A DNA stretch of 32,000 nucleotides from Synechococcus sp. A15-28 (GCF_014280175.1 NZ_CP047931.1:390001-422000); one strand, 5' to 3'. Shown: positions 22,851 through 31,758, numbered from the stretch's first letter. Made by a program: numbers and translations. The notes: generated from the letters alone by a model not told the origin.

Positions 22851-25111
22851 GCCCTCGCTGCAGCTTCCAGGCGTTCCAACGCCAGCCATGCCGCTTCGCC
22901 GCCATTTTTGTGCCCTTGCCAGATCTCGGGGATAAACGATGCCTTTGGGCAGTGTTGGTCGATCTGTTCGAACAACTGCACCCAATCAATGTCTCCATCC
23001 AAAATCTGCAGGCCCTCGCCATCCACATCCTTGGCATCCGCCAGATGCAGGTGAGCTGTGAAGGGGAGGATCTGATCGAGGAACTGACGAAACGGAATGT
23101 GGAGATGGTTGCAAGCCAGTTTTGAGTGGGAGACATCCAGGCAGACCCGCATGTCCTGCTCTTCACAGAACTGCCGGATGAAATCCGTGTCCACAAACAG
23201 GTTGTGGAAGCGTTGCCCGCCGAAGTGCCAGGGGAAGGGGGGCATCGTCTGGGGAATGATCTCCACCTCGCCTGCGGTGTTGATCTTCTTCAGGCTTGTA
23301 ATCAGTCGCTCCCGCAGCGGTTTCCGTTCGCTGCGGTTGAGGTGATGGTGTTCGGAAAAACCGCCGACGTTGGTCACCAGCAACACCGGGTCTGAGCACT
23401 GGAAGCGATTTCTCAGGTCCCGCGAAATGTCGATCACCCGCTGCAGTTCTGCAATGGAGTGATTGCGATAGCTGGAATCCTCCGTGCAGAGGTCCAGAGT
23501 GTGGTCTCCCGCGAACAATTCGGGGGCATGAATCACCAGCCCAATGTTCTGCCGAACCGGTAGGACTTGATTGAGGTCAACCTCCAGATCCTTGTAACTG
23601 AGGTGAATCTCCACCAGATCCAGATTACTCACCTCGGAAAACACCTTGATGTCGTGGTACCGGACAGGTAAACCAAACGGCTGGTTGAACTGATACCTGC
23701 GCGGGGTGGCCGCAGGTGTTTCCAGATCGGATGGGAAGAACACCTCCCCTTGGCTCTTGGCCACCGGCAGGCGACGACCGATCAGATCCTTGAGCCGGTT
23801 GGGTTGCAGACCCTGGCCTGGGCTCTGGATGCGCACCATCGCTTCGGTGATCTCTGTTCCGGCTGGTACATCGCAGGCCGCCACAAGGCTCTTGGCCAAC
23901 ACCTCACGGTTCATCATTTCGCCCTGGCTGATGCTGCGCTCTCCGCCCTGGCCCATGGACTCCTCCACGCGGCGGATGCCCTGCATCATCTGAGCGAATT
24001 CATCCGGCAGCAGGCTCACCTTGTGATCGTTGCCTTCCATGCCGCGATCCACGGTGATGTGTTTCTCGATCACCGCCGCCCCCATGGCGACCGCCGCAAT
24101 CGGCACCTCAATTCCTCGTTCGTGACCGGAATAGCCCACGGGAGCATCGGCCAGTTCCCGCAGCCGCTCCAGATAGCGCAGGTTCACGTCCTTGAACGGC
24201 GTGGGATAAGTGGAGTTGCAGTGCAGCAGAACGTAGTTCGCCCCTTCCTGCTGTAGGTGGCGAATGCCAGAGCGGATTTCCAGTTCGCTGGCCATGCCGG
24301 TGGAGCAGATCAGCGGTTTCCCCGTCGCGGCCAATTGGCTGATCAGGGCGTGGTTGGTGAAATCGGCGGAGGCCACCTTGAAGCCCTCCATGCCCCAGCC
24401 ATTCAATTTCTCCAGACTGGTTTCATCCCAGGGGGTGCAGAGCGGCACCAGACCCTTGGACGCTGCGTAGTCAAAACAGCGGAATAACTCCTCGTCGCTC
24501 AGCTGGAAGCGCTCCAGCAGATCCAGGGTGTACTGGGTCCCCAGATCGGAGGCCATGTCATTGCTGTCGCCAGCATTGCTGTACAGATTGGACATGTCCC
24601 GCATCTGGAACTTGGCGCAGTCAGCGCCGGCGGCATGGGCGGCATCGATCAGCTCAAGGGCGATGTTGATGTCGCCGTTGTGGTTGTTGCCAATTTCGGC
24701 GATCACGAAGCTCGGTTCGCCGTCTCCGATGCGACGGCTGCCCAGTTGCAGGCCATCGGTGGCGGGCAGGGCCACCGCCACGATGCGGCCGTGGCTGTCC
24801 AGCAGCGGCAGGGCGATGATGCGCGAGGTCAGCAGACCAGCCAATTCCGCGGGAGCTGTTCCCTCCGCAGCACTGCGGCAATCGGGGTTCATCGCCGCCG
24901 TCACAGGACGGTTCAGATCGATGTCACCGCAACTGGCGATCCAGCGCCGGAAATCGCCATCGGTGAGAACACCCTGCAGGATCCCGGATTCCGAGACCAC
25001 AAAAATCAACCGCGATTGGTTGGCGGTGATTTTGCTCAGGGCAGAAAGAATCGTGTCCTCGGCAAAAACAACGAACTGGGTGAAGTTCCTCTCGATCTGG
25101 ATGCCCTTCAC
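22847..25111 (-). CDS. neuB: Fusion protein: CBS pair, N-acetylneuraminate (nonulosonate) synthase NeuB, SAF domain and xylose-isomerase-like TIM barrel
   Basis: The CBS element is ILQGVLTDGDFRRW...GRIVAVA. The NeuB signature is PSFVIAEIGNNHNGDINIALELIDAAHAAGADCAKFQ ... GYSGHE. A SAF-like segment is VAACDVPAGTEITEAMV. The C-terminal roughly 270 aa (IHLSYKD...VIHAPE...LDVSHSKLA...HLHLADA) looks like a sugar-phosphate isomerase/epimerase TIM barrel. GTG start. Confidence 0.85.
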   Translation of the reverse strand: MKGIQIERNFTQFVVFAEDTILSALSKITANQSRLIFVVSESGILQGVLTDGDFRRWIASCGDIDLNRPVTAAMNPDCRSAAEGTAPAELAGLLTSRIIALPLLDSHGRIVAVALPATDGLQLGSRRIGDGEPSFVIAEIGNNHNGDINIALELIDAAHAAGADCAKFQMRDMSNLYSNAGDSNDMASDLGTQYTLDLLERFQLSDEELFRCFDYAASKGLVPLCTPWDETSLEKLNGWGMEGFKVASADFTNHALISQLAATGKPLICSTGMASELEIRSGIRHLQQEGANYVLLHCNSTYPTPFKDVNLRYLERLRELADAPVGYSGHERGIEVPIAAVAMGAAVIEKHITVDRGMEGNDHKVSLLPDEFAQMMQGIRRVEESMGQGGERSISQGEMMNREVLAKSLVAACDVPAGTEITEAMVRIQSPGQGLQPNRLKDLIGRRLPVAKSQGEVFFPSDLETPAATPRRYQFNQPFGLPVRYHDIKVFSEVSNLDLVEIHLSYKDLEVDLNQVLPVRQNIGLVIHAPELFAGDHTLDLCTEDSSYRNHSIAELQRVIDISRDLRNRFQCSDPVLLVTNVGGFSEHHHLNRSERKPLRERLITSLKKINTAGEVEIIPQTMPPFPWHFGGQRFHNLFVDTDFIRQFCEEQDMRVCLDVSHSKLACNHLHIPFRQFLDQILPFTAHLHLADAKDVDGEGLQILDGDIDWVQLFEQIDQHCPKASFIPEIWQGHKNGGEAAWLALERLEAAARA

Positions 25112-25149
25112 AGTTCGCCTCGCAGGTGCCTAAGCAGAACCTGGAGACA

Positions 25150-26463
25150 CTACCCCACGTTCCTGTAGGTGATGCTCAGAAAAAGGCGCCTGATGATCCG
25201 GTTGCGTGTCTGAACAGCGCCCAATCTGCGGGCCACATTGCGATGGCTGGGTCGCATCAGGGTCCCAAGTTGCAACAGGCTTTCTGCTTCTTTCCAGTTC
25301 CTCTCTTGAATAGCACGTTCTGCATCGCGACGTAGCTGGGTGAAGCTGAGATTGGCGTTACTCAGATAGCCGGATTTTGCTTGGAGGCGATCCGGAGGGC
25401 AGGCACGCAGTTGCAGCAGAGCCTCGATCAATCGATCCGGCTCAAGCTTGGTGCCGTAGCCCATCCATGCCAGCCAGTCGGGATCCGGTTGTGGAAGCTC
25501 CTCGTCCAGAACGTCGAGATCCTCCATGGCATCCAGAGGTCTCCAGACCCCCGATCCGGCGAACACATGGCTGCCGTTGCTGGGATTGATCCCGAAGTCG
25601 GCCATCGCCAGGGGCCGGCAGCCGAAATCGAGAGCATCGAAGAAGGCGGTGGAGGAGATGGTGGCCATCAACCGGGCCTGACGCAGCAGGACCGGTAAGG
25701 GGCGGTAATCCAGCTTCAGGTTCACCGGGGCATGGCCAAGGGTCTGTTTCAGGGTGGTACTGATGTGGTCATCGATGCTGTGAAAGGTTTCCTCTCCCGG
25801 GGCGATTCGCGGCTTGATCAACACCTCCCAGTTCGGAGAGCGTCGGGCCAGATCCGCCAGGATCCGAACCATCTCGGCGCGATCGACCGCTGTTGAGGGC
25901 ATCACCACCTGTTCAGCGAAGATCAGCTGCTTGCGGCGCTGGTCACGTCCCTTGGGGTGCTGATCAGGGGCTGTGTTGCGGTGCAAACCGGTCAGAACCG
26001 CGCGCTGATCAGCAAATGGCGTGCCTTCCAGCATGCGTTCCAGGGCGTCACGGTCCCGTGGACCACTGAGGCCGATCAGGTCGTACCCCAGGCGCCAGCT
26101 GACGCCCTCGACGAACTTTTCCAGCACAACACCGTTGAATCCGCAGAAGAGCAAGGGCCTCTCGTTGCTGGGGAGCAATCCCAAGGCCAGGCGGAAATCG
26201 CTGATCTTGCTGCCGGTGAGGTAAACCCCGATGGCATCGAATTGGCGCAGCTTGTGGTGAGTCAGCAACTGCCCCATGTCCAGTCGCCAAAGCTCACCGA
26301 GGGCAGCGGCGCGCGTCAGAATTGCCTCAGGCGTTCCCTCCCTTGGGATGGCATTGATTGTGACCTGAACGTTGCGTTCTGAAGGGAAGCGGCACAACGC
26401 TTCACAGGCCAACAGTTGGCTGTCGCTGTCGCCGATCAGCAGCAGTTTGAACGGTTGATTCAT
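25150..26463 (-). CDS. Uncharacterised GT-B/Capsule_synth-like protein, tandem paralog 1
   Basis: Homologous to the two upstream genes, for example LLRQARLMATISSTAFFDALDFGCRPLAMADFG versus LLRQCGCAITVSSTAALEAMALGISTRIVGDLG. The ATG overlaps the upstream stop as ATGA. Confidence 0.7.
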   Translation of the reverse strand: MNQPFKLLLIGDSDSQLLACEALCRFPSERNVQVTINAIPREGTPEAILTRAAALGELWRLDMGQLLTHHKLRQFDAIGVYLTGSKISDFRLALGLLPSNERPLLFCGFNGVVLEKFVEGVSWRLGYDLIGLSGPRDRDALERMLEGTPFADQRAVLTGLHRNTAPDQHPKGRDQRRKQLIFAEQVVMPSTAVDRAEMVRILADLARRSPNWEVLIKPRIAPGEETFHSIDDHISTTLKQTLGHAPVNLKLDYRPLPVLLRQARLMATISSTAFFDALDFGCRPLAMADFGINPSNGSHVFAGSGVWRPLDAMEDLDVLDEELPQPDPDWLAWMGYGTKLEPDRLIEALLQLRACPPDRLQAKSGYLSNANLSFTQLRRDAERAIQERNWKEAESLLQLGTLMRPSHRNVARRLGAVQTRNRIIRRLFLSITYRNVG

Positions 26464-27515
26464 CGGATCAGCGCCTCCAGGCGGCGGATCAGGCGCTTCG
26501 CCCCGTCATGCACCCCCCAGCCCGTGGACTGAAGCCAGAATGCGTTCACCGGGGGCAACTCCAGCAGCTGATCCAGCCGGTCGATGGCCTGCAATCGATG
26601 CATGCAGCCGCTGCCGAAGAACGCGGTGGTGCCTTGGTCGGTGTGAATGCCGTAGTCACCGATCAACAGGGTAGGTCGCCCCCAGGCCATGGCGGCCAGG
26701 GTCCAGGGTGAGCTGACGCTGAGGCAGGCGCTGCAGCTGGCCAGTTGGCTTAACAGCTGACCTGGCGCACCGAACACCAGGTTGTCGGGGAAGGACCAGT
26801 CGTCGGGTTCGAATTTGGCGATCCAGGGCTGGCCACGCTCCCAGGACTGGTCGCGTTGGATGACGATGGACCAGTCCGGCGAGGTTTCGGCCCAACGGAT
26901 CAGTTGCCTGAGGAGCTGTGCCTTGGCTCCAACCTGGATGGGAATGCTCTCCTGCGCCAAAGCGAGCAGCGTGTAAGGCGGTTTTGGTGTGCCGCCGCTC
27001 AGGGCCCCGAGAGGGGGACGTTCTGGAAGGAACCACAGCCCCATGGACTCGATCTCTGGAGTCCCAGAGGTTGTTGGCCAAAACTGCGTGATCGCTTCGA
27101 GCTCCCGTCGTTGACGATCCCCTGGCACCACCAGGAGGTCACAGCAGTGGCGATCACTGAGCTCTTGCACCAGCTGGTCGCCAAGGGACGCTTGCAGGGG
27201 CCCGCTGAACACCACTGCCGGGGGTTCCCCACGTTGGCGGGCGAGCTCGCGGTGGGCATGGGTGAAGCGCTGCAAGTAGTCGCTGCGATGGATGAATACC
27301 CCCACGGCGCTGGCGGAGTTCAGCAGTTCATGCCCCAGCAGATCCATTAGGGCTAAAGGGATCTGGGGGGTCACGGCTGGCAGCGGACTGTCTCGAAGTG
27401 AGGACAGCGCTGGACCAACGGTCAGACAGGCATGACCGCCCTGCCGTAGCTGCTGCGCCAACAGCTGGCAGGCGAAAGCGCTGCGGTCGTCATCACTGAC
27501 CAAAAGGATCGTCAT
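26460..27515 (-). CDS. Uncharacterised GT-B/Capsule_synth-like protein, tandem paralog 2
   Basis: The internal ATG at 27515 (MTILLVSDDDRS...) overlaps the upstream stop as ATGA. The conserved SACLSVSSPWTLAAMAWGRPTLLIGDYG block is present. Confidence 0.7.
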   Translation of the reverse strand: MTILLVSDDDRSAFACQLLAQQLRQGGHACLTVGPALSSLRDSPLPAVTPQIPLALMDLLGHELLNSASAVGVFIHRSDYLQRFTHAHRELARQRGEPPAVVFSGPLQASLGDQLVQELSDRHCCDLLVVPGDRQRRELEAITQFWPTTSGTPEIESMGLWFLPERPPLGALSGGTPKPPYTLLALAQESIPIQVGAKAQLLRQLIRWAETSPDWSIVIQRDQSWERGQPWIAKFEPDDWSFPDNLVFGAPGQLLSQLASCSACLSVSSPWTLAAMAWGRPTLLIGDYGIHTDQGTTAFFGSGCMHRLQAIDRLDQLLELPPVNAFWLQSTGWGVHDGAKRLIRRLEALIR

Positions 27516-28819
27516 CGCTCCCGCAACCACCTGGACAACCAACCGAAGCCCACCAGCCCGTCGCGGAGGCGGCGTAGAGCGGTACGGGTTTTGTGCCGTT
27601 TGCGCTGACTGGAGCGCGCCCCGGCGCTGCTCAGCATGCGTCGGCCACCATGGCGAAGGGCGTAGGTCTGCCACTGGCGACTACCCCAGCTGCCTGGACC
27701 CAGGCCCTCGGTGGGCAACGGGGAACGCTCCTGATGGAGTCGCTCCAACAGGGCGGTGAGGAAGGTTTCGCGGCCCTGGGGCTGGAGGCCACTGCGTTGA
27801 AGCCATTCCACCCTGTGGCTTGGGGTGAACGGATCACGGGTGATAGAGGCAAAGTCCGCCACGGCACCCGAATCGGCGAAAAAGTGATTACCAAGGGTCT
27901 CGGTGACGCCGAGATCGCCAACGATGCGGGTACTGATGCCCAGGGCCATGGCTTCAAGGGCTGCGGTGGAGGACACGGTGATGGCGCAGCCGCACTGCCG
28001 TAGCAGGCGGGTGGCTGGTTTGAAGCTGAGCTGCAAGTTGGGCACCGTTTCGCTCATGCGTTCGATCACGCCGGCCATCTCACCGTGGCGCCGGTGCAAG
28101 GTGCTTTCGATGCTGGAGGTGCGCGGCTTGAAAATCACCGGATGATCAGGCCAGGCTTCCGCCAGGGCCTTGAGCTGCTTGCAGATGTAGCGCCGTTGCA
28201 GCGGGTGGGCAGGTATCGAGGGCTGCTCGAAGAACACGATCGACGGTTGGTCCGGTGCGGCTCGATGGGGGTCGGCATTCCAGAGCAAAGGCAGGCCCGT
28301 CACCACAGCGTTGTCGCTGGACAGCCCCAAGGCATGCCGGCCGAGCTGATAGGTGCTGAGGTCCTGTTCACTGTTGAGGCAAAGAAGATCGGCGCCGGAA
28401 CGGTCCAGCATTCCCTCGAGGGCAAAGCGAAACAGGATCCCCGGATAGGCGCTGACCAGAACAGGCCGATCCGTGCGGCCACTCCATTCCTTGGCGAGCA
28501 TCAAAAGTGCATCACGGCTGCGCAGGCCGTCCAACCCCAGAATCAGCACATCCACATCGCCGGCCATGGCGGCCGTCAGGCTTCGGAAGTCACCCCAAGC
28601 ACCCTTTTTCACCGCGGTGCGGCGGTCGGTGCGGTGGATTTCCAGCCTCTGGCGGCGAGACAGGGCCCGGTTCGAAACCTGCAACAGATGCAATGTGGTT
28701 TCGGCGCCCTCTTTGCGGCAGGCGGCAAGCAGGGTCATAGCCACCTTGCCGAAGGAATCGAAGCAGGCGACGGCTGCCACTTTTCGGCCAGAAAGGCGCT
28801 TGTCGGCAGCGGGCGCCAT
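27512..28819 (-). CDS. Uncharacterised GT-B/Capsule_synth-like protein, tandem paralog 3
   Basis: ATG at 28819 is preceded by GGAG and lies 27 nt after the neuA stop. The GTG at 28879 from the track would overlap neuA by 34 nt. Contains HPVIFKPRTSS... and ITVSSTAALEAMALG. Confidence 0.7.
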   Translation of the reverse strand: MAPAADKRLSGRKVAAVACFDSFGKVAMTLLAACRKEGAETTLHLLQVSNRALSRRQRLEIHRTDRRTAVKKGAWGDFRSLTAAMAGDVDVLILGLDGLRSRDALLMLAKEWSGRTDRPVLVSAYPGILFRFALEGMLDRSGADLLCLNSEQDLSTYQLGRHALGLSSDNAVVTGLPLLWNADPHRAAPDQPSIVFFEQPSIPAHPLQRRYICKQLKALAEAWPDHPVIFKPRTSSIESTLHRRHGEMAGVIERMSETVPNLQLSFKPATRLLRQCGCAITVSSTAALEAMALGISTRIVGDLGVTETLGNHFFADSGAVADFASITRDPFTPSHRVEWLQRSGLQPQGRETFLTALLERLHQERSPLPTEGLGPGSWGSRQWQTYALRHGGRRMLSSAGARSSQRKRHKTRTALRRLRDGLVGFGWLSRWLRER

Positions 28820-28845
28820 CGTCGGGCTCCGGGATTCCGGCAAAA

Positions 28846-29526
28846 CTAACCGGGGGTGAGAGCTGCAAGGCTGCGACACAGGGCCAGATCAGCCGGTGTG
28901 TCGATCTCCGGCCCCGAGTCCTCTATCACCACCGGTTGCCAGGGGGCACAGAAGCGGCTGCCTTCGGCGCGGAAACAGTCAATGCTCATGGCGTAGATCG
29001 CACCGGTTTCAAGAAAGGCTGGCTCCAGGTCCTGCCGGCGCTGGCGCGGTTGCTGGGGGTCGTGGTTGATCCCGCAGCCGTCATGGCGCCAGAGGAAGCC
29101 ATGCCAAGGGGCCACCGCAAAGCTGCTGTTGATGCCCGGGGTCGCCAGAGCCGCCAACACCTTGTCGATCTGTGCCCCGGTGGTGAAGGGGGAGGTGCAC
29201 TGCAGGAACACCAGCTGCTGGGGGAGTGCTCCCTGCTGTTCCAGAGTCTCCAGGGCATGGAGAAGGGCTGATTCGGAGCTGGCGGTGTCTTCAGCGATGG
29301 CTGCCGGACGGCGTACCACCTCGGCCCCATGGGTCCGGGCCTCCTCGGCGATGGCGTCAGCATCGGTGCTGACCACCACCCGCTCCACCCTGCGGCTGGC
29401 CAGGGCCGCCTGCACGCAGCGCGCTACCAGGGAGAAACCACCAACCATCTGCAGGTTCTTGCCAGGAATGCCCTTGGAGCCGCCCCGCGCTGGAATCAAA
29501 GCCAGGGCTCCAGGGGACGCGGTCAT
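28846..29526 (-). CDS. neuA: CMP-N-acylneuraminate (nonulosonate) cytidylyltransferase
   Basis: The internal ATG at 29526 gives MTASPGALALIPARGGSKGIPGKN, the CTP_transf_3 P-loop-type motif. The length of about 226 aa is typical. The upstream in-frame Pro/Ala-rich extension is an artefact of GC-rich DNA. Confidence 0.85.
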   Translation of the reverse strand: MTASPGALALIPARGGSKGIPGKNLQMVGGFSLVARCVQAALASRRVERVVVSTDADAIAEEARTHGAEVVRRPAAIAEDTASSESALLHALETLEQQGALPQQLVFLQCTSPFTTGAQIDKVLAALATPGINSSFAVAPWHGFLWRHDGCGINHDPQQPRQRRQDLEPAFLETGAIYAMSIDCFRAEGSRFCAPWQPVVIEDSGPEIDTPADLALCRSLAALTPG

Positions 29527-29558
29527 CGGAGAGGATTTAGTTCGTTCCCTCCTACCCG

Positions 29559-31544
29559 ATGATTCAGCGCTTCGGGGTGCCGGAGACCGGTCTGCTGGCT
29601 CACCGGACCGTGCCGGCGTTGCTGGCTCCGGCCCAGTTGCTGCGCGGACGTCGCAGGGATGTGGAGGCGTTGCTGGCCTGGGGGCGTCGACCCAGTGCCC
29701 AGCGGGTGGAGCGACTGGGGCGTCGTTGGCAGCTGCCGGTGTGGCATCTGGAGGATGGTCTGTTGCGATCATTGGCCAAGGGCCGCCAGCATCCGCCGCT
29801 GGCGCTGTTGGTGGATGACCTGGGGGTCCACTTCGATGCCAGCCAGCCCAGCCGGATGGAGCAGCGGATCCAGCGACCGCTGACCCCTGCACAACACAGC
29901 CGTGCCTGTGAACTTCAGCAGCGGTGGTGCGCTCAGCGGTTGAGCAAGCTCAACCCAGCCCGAGAATCACCGGCTCCAGCCGAGCCGTTTGTGCTGGTGG
30001 TGGACCAGTCCGCCGGAGACCTGTCCATCGGCCTTGGGCAGGCCGGGCCGGAGAGCTTCCGGCGCATGTTGCAGGAGGCGCTGCGGGATCAGACGGACTG
30101 TCTGGTGGTGGTGAAGGTGCACCCGGATGTGATCCGGGGCCGCGCCCGGGGCCATTTCCGCCGTCAGGATCTGCAGCACCCGCGCATCCGCCTCTGCGCT
30201 GACGGATTGCACCCTGCCGCCCTGTTAGAGCAGGCCCAGGCGGTGTATGTGGTGACCTCCCAGATGGGGTTTGAGGCGCTGTTGTGGGGACGGACCGTCC
30301 ACTGCTTCGGCATGCCTTTTTATGCCGGGTGGGGACTCACCGTGGATCGTTTGCCGGCTCCGGCCCGTCGGGGAGCGTCGGTGCCGTTGGCGGCGGTGGT
30401 GCATGCGGCGCTGGTGGAGGGCACCCGCTGCGTGGACCCCCATCGGCATCAACCCTGTCAGATCGAGACGCTGATGGACGCCATCGGCCTGCAACGTCGG
30501 CAGCAGGGGGCGGATCCCCTGCGGGTGCAGGCCTTTGGCTTCACTCCATGGAAGCAACGCAGCCTCAAGCGCTTTCTGGCCGGCAGTGAGCTGCGCTTTC
30601 GCCTGCCGCGGGCGCTGCCGGGGCCGCGGGCGGAGGCCGTGGCGGTGTGGGGCCGGCGGGCTCGACCGCGTCTGCTGGCGACGGCGCGCCGTCGGGGGCT
30701 GCCGCTGCTGCATGTGGAGGACGGTTTCCTGCGCTCGGTGGGCCTGGGGGCCGATCTGATCGACCCCATCTCCTGGGTGGTGGACCGCCGCGGCATGTAT
30801 TACGACGCCACGGAGGCCAGCGATCTGGAGCAGCGGCTGGCCACAGGAATCTGGAGTGAGCCGCAGTTGCAGCGGGCCGAGGCCTTGCGCCAGCAGCTGG
30901 TGGCGCAGGCCATCACCAAATACAACCTCCCAGGGGGCGGATGGCAGCGCCCCGACGCTGCCAGGCGGGTGGTGCTGGTGGTGGGGCAGGTGGAAAGCGA
31001 CGCTTCCATCCGCTATGGCGCTCCGGGGCACTCCAGCAACCTGGCACTGCTGCAGGCGGTGCGTGCGGCGGAACCGGAAGCGTTCCTGGTGTACAAACCC
31101 CATCCCGACGTGGTGGCGGGTCTCTGCCGCTCCGGTGATGGGGAGCAGCGGGCGGCCCAGGTATGCGACTGCTTGCTGCGCGATGGCTCGATCCATGCCC
31201 TGTTTGAGCAGGTGGATGCCCTGCATGTGCTCACCTCCCTGGCAGGGTTTGAGGCGCTGTTGCGGGGAGTGGAGGTGCATTGCTGGGGACTGCCCTTTTA
31301 TGCGGGTTGGGGGCTGACCCAGGATCGGTTGTCCTCGCCCCGGCGGGGCCGGTCGCTGCCTTTGGCGGCGTTGGTGCATGCCGCCTTGATTGATTACCCC
31401 CGCTACGTCAGCCGCCGCAGCGGTTGGTTCATCACTCCAGAGCAAGCCATTGAGGAGCTAGTGGCATGGCGGGATGCACCTCCAGCCCGCCGCACCCTGG
31501 TGCAGGCCCTGTTCCGACACTGGGGGCGTCTGTTCAATCGTTAG
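29559..31544 (+). CDS. kpsC: KpsC-like capsule polysaccharide protein (two Capsule_synth modules; beta-Kdo transferase family)
   Basis: The architecture is duplicated. The N half has HLEDGLLRS ... VVVKVHPDV ... VTSQMGFEALLWGRTVHCFGMPFYAGWGLT. The C half has HVEDGFLRS ... LVYKPHPDV ... LTSLAGFEALLRGVEVHCWGLPFYAGWGLT. The length of 661 aa is typical of KpsC. Confidence 0.85.
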   Translation: MIQRFGVPETGLLAHRTVPALLAPAQLLRGRRRDVEALLAWGRRPSAQRVERLGRRWQLPVWHLEDGLLRSLAKGRQHPPLALLVDDLGVHFDASQPSRMEQRIQRPLTPAQHSRACELQQRWCAQRLSKLNPARESPAPAEPFVLVVDQSAGDLSIGLGQAGPESFRRMLQEALRDQTDCLVVVKVHPDVIRGRARGHFRRQDLQHPRIRLCADGLHPAALLEQAQAVYVVTSQMGFEALLWGRTVHCFGMPFYAGWGLTVDRLPAPARRGASVPLAAVVHAALVEGTRCVDPHRHQPCQIETLMDAIGLQRRQQGADPLRVQAFGFTPWKQRSLKRFLAGSELRFRLPRALPGPRAEAVAVWGRRARPRLLATARRRGLPLLHVEDGFLRSVGLGADLIDPISWVVDRRGMYYDATEASDLEQRLATGIWSEPQLQRAEALRQQLVAQAITKYNLPGGGWQRPDAARRVVLVVGQVESDASIRYGAPGHSSNLALLQAVRAAEPEAFLVYKPHPDVVAGLCRSGDGEQRAAQVCDCLLRDGSIHALFEQVDALHVLTSLAGFEALLRGVEVHCWGLPFYAGWGLTQDRLSSPRRGRSLPLAALVHAALIDYPRYVSRRSGWFITPEQAIEELVAWRDAPPARRTLVQALFRHWGRLFNR

Positions 31545-31758
31545 ATGTTGTACTTAGTGCGACTATTTATAACGAATTTTTATAGGGTCTATTAGTTAGT
31601 TGATCGTCGACAAGGTTTTCTTCTTCTGCTTGTGGTGCTCTTTTGTTGTGAATTGTTGGCGTCGGGGTGTCTCGCGTCATTCAGATTTGCGGAAATGTCT
31701 GTCAATGTTGCTGCTTTAGGCGTGGCGAATGGCTAGAGGGGATATGCATCGAGATTGT

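Noticed and set aside
22851-22985. N-terminal extensions proposed by the ORF track. The affected ORFs are 22074..22985, 26460..27674, 27512..28879, 28846..29892, 52..774, 8757..9413, 9944..10333 and 11711..12046.
   Set aside because: Internal starts give canonical N-termini (P-loop, signal peptides, paralog alignment) and, for three of them, exact ATGA overlaps with the upstream stop. The extensions run through neighbouring genes or repeats.
23097-29818. Long plus-strand ORFs opposite the neuB-to-neuA operon (for example 23750..24256, 24528..25133, 24635..25168, 25957..26382, 26856..27350, 28085..28849, 29066..29818).
   Set aside because: All overlap minus-strand genes that carry recognisable motifs and a coherent chain of mostly 4-nt start/stop overlaps. 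Their compositions are typical of GC-rich antisense frames.
30225-31445. 406-aa minus-strand ORF inside kpsC, plus several shorter ones (29924..30202, 30271..30859, 30856..31317 and others).
   Set aside because: It is antisense or out of frame to a gene with clear duplicated KpsC motifs. The translation is Arg/Pro/Gly/His-rich low complexity. Long spurious ORFs are expected in DNA of about 65 percent GC.
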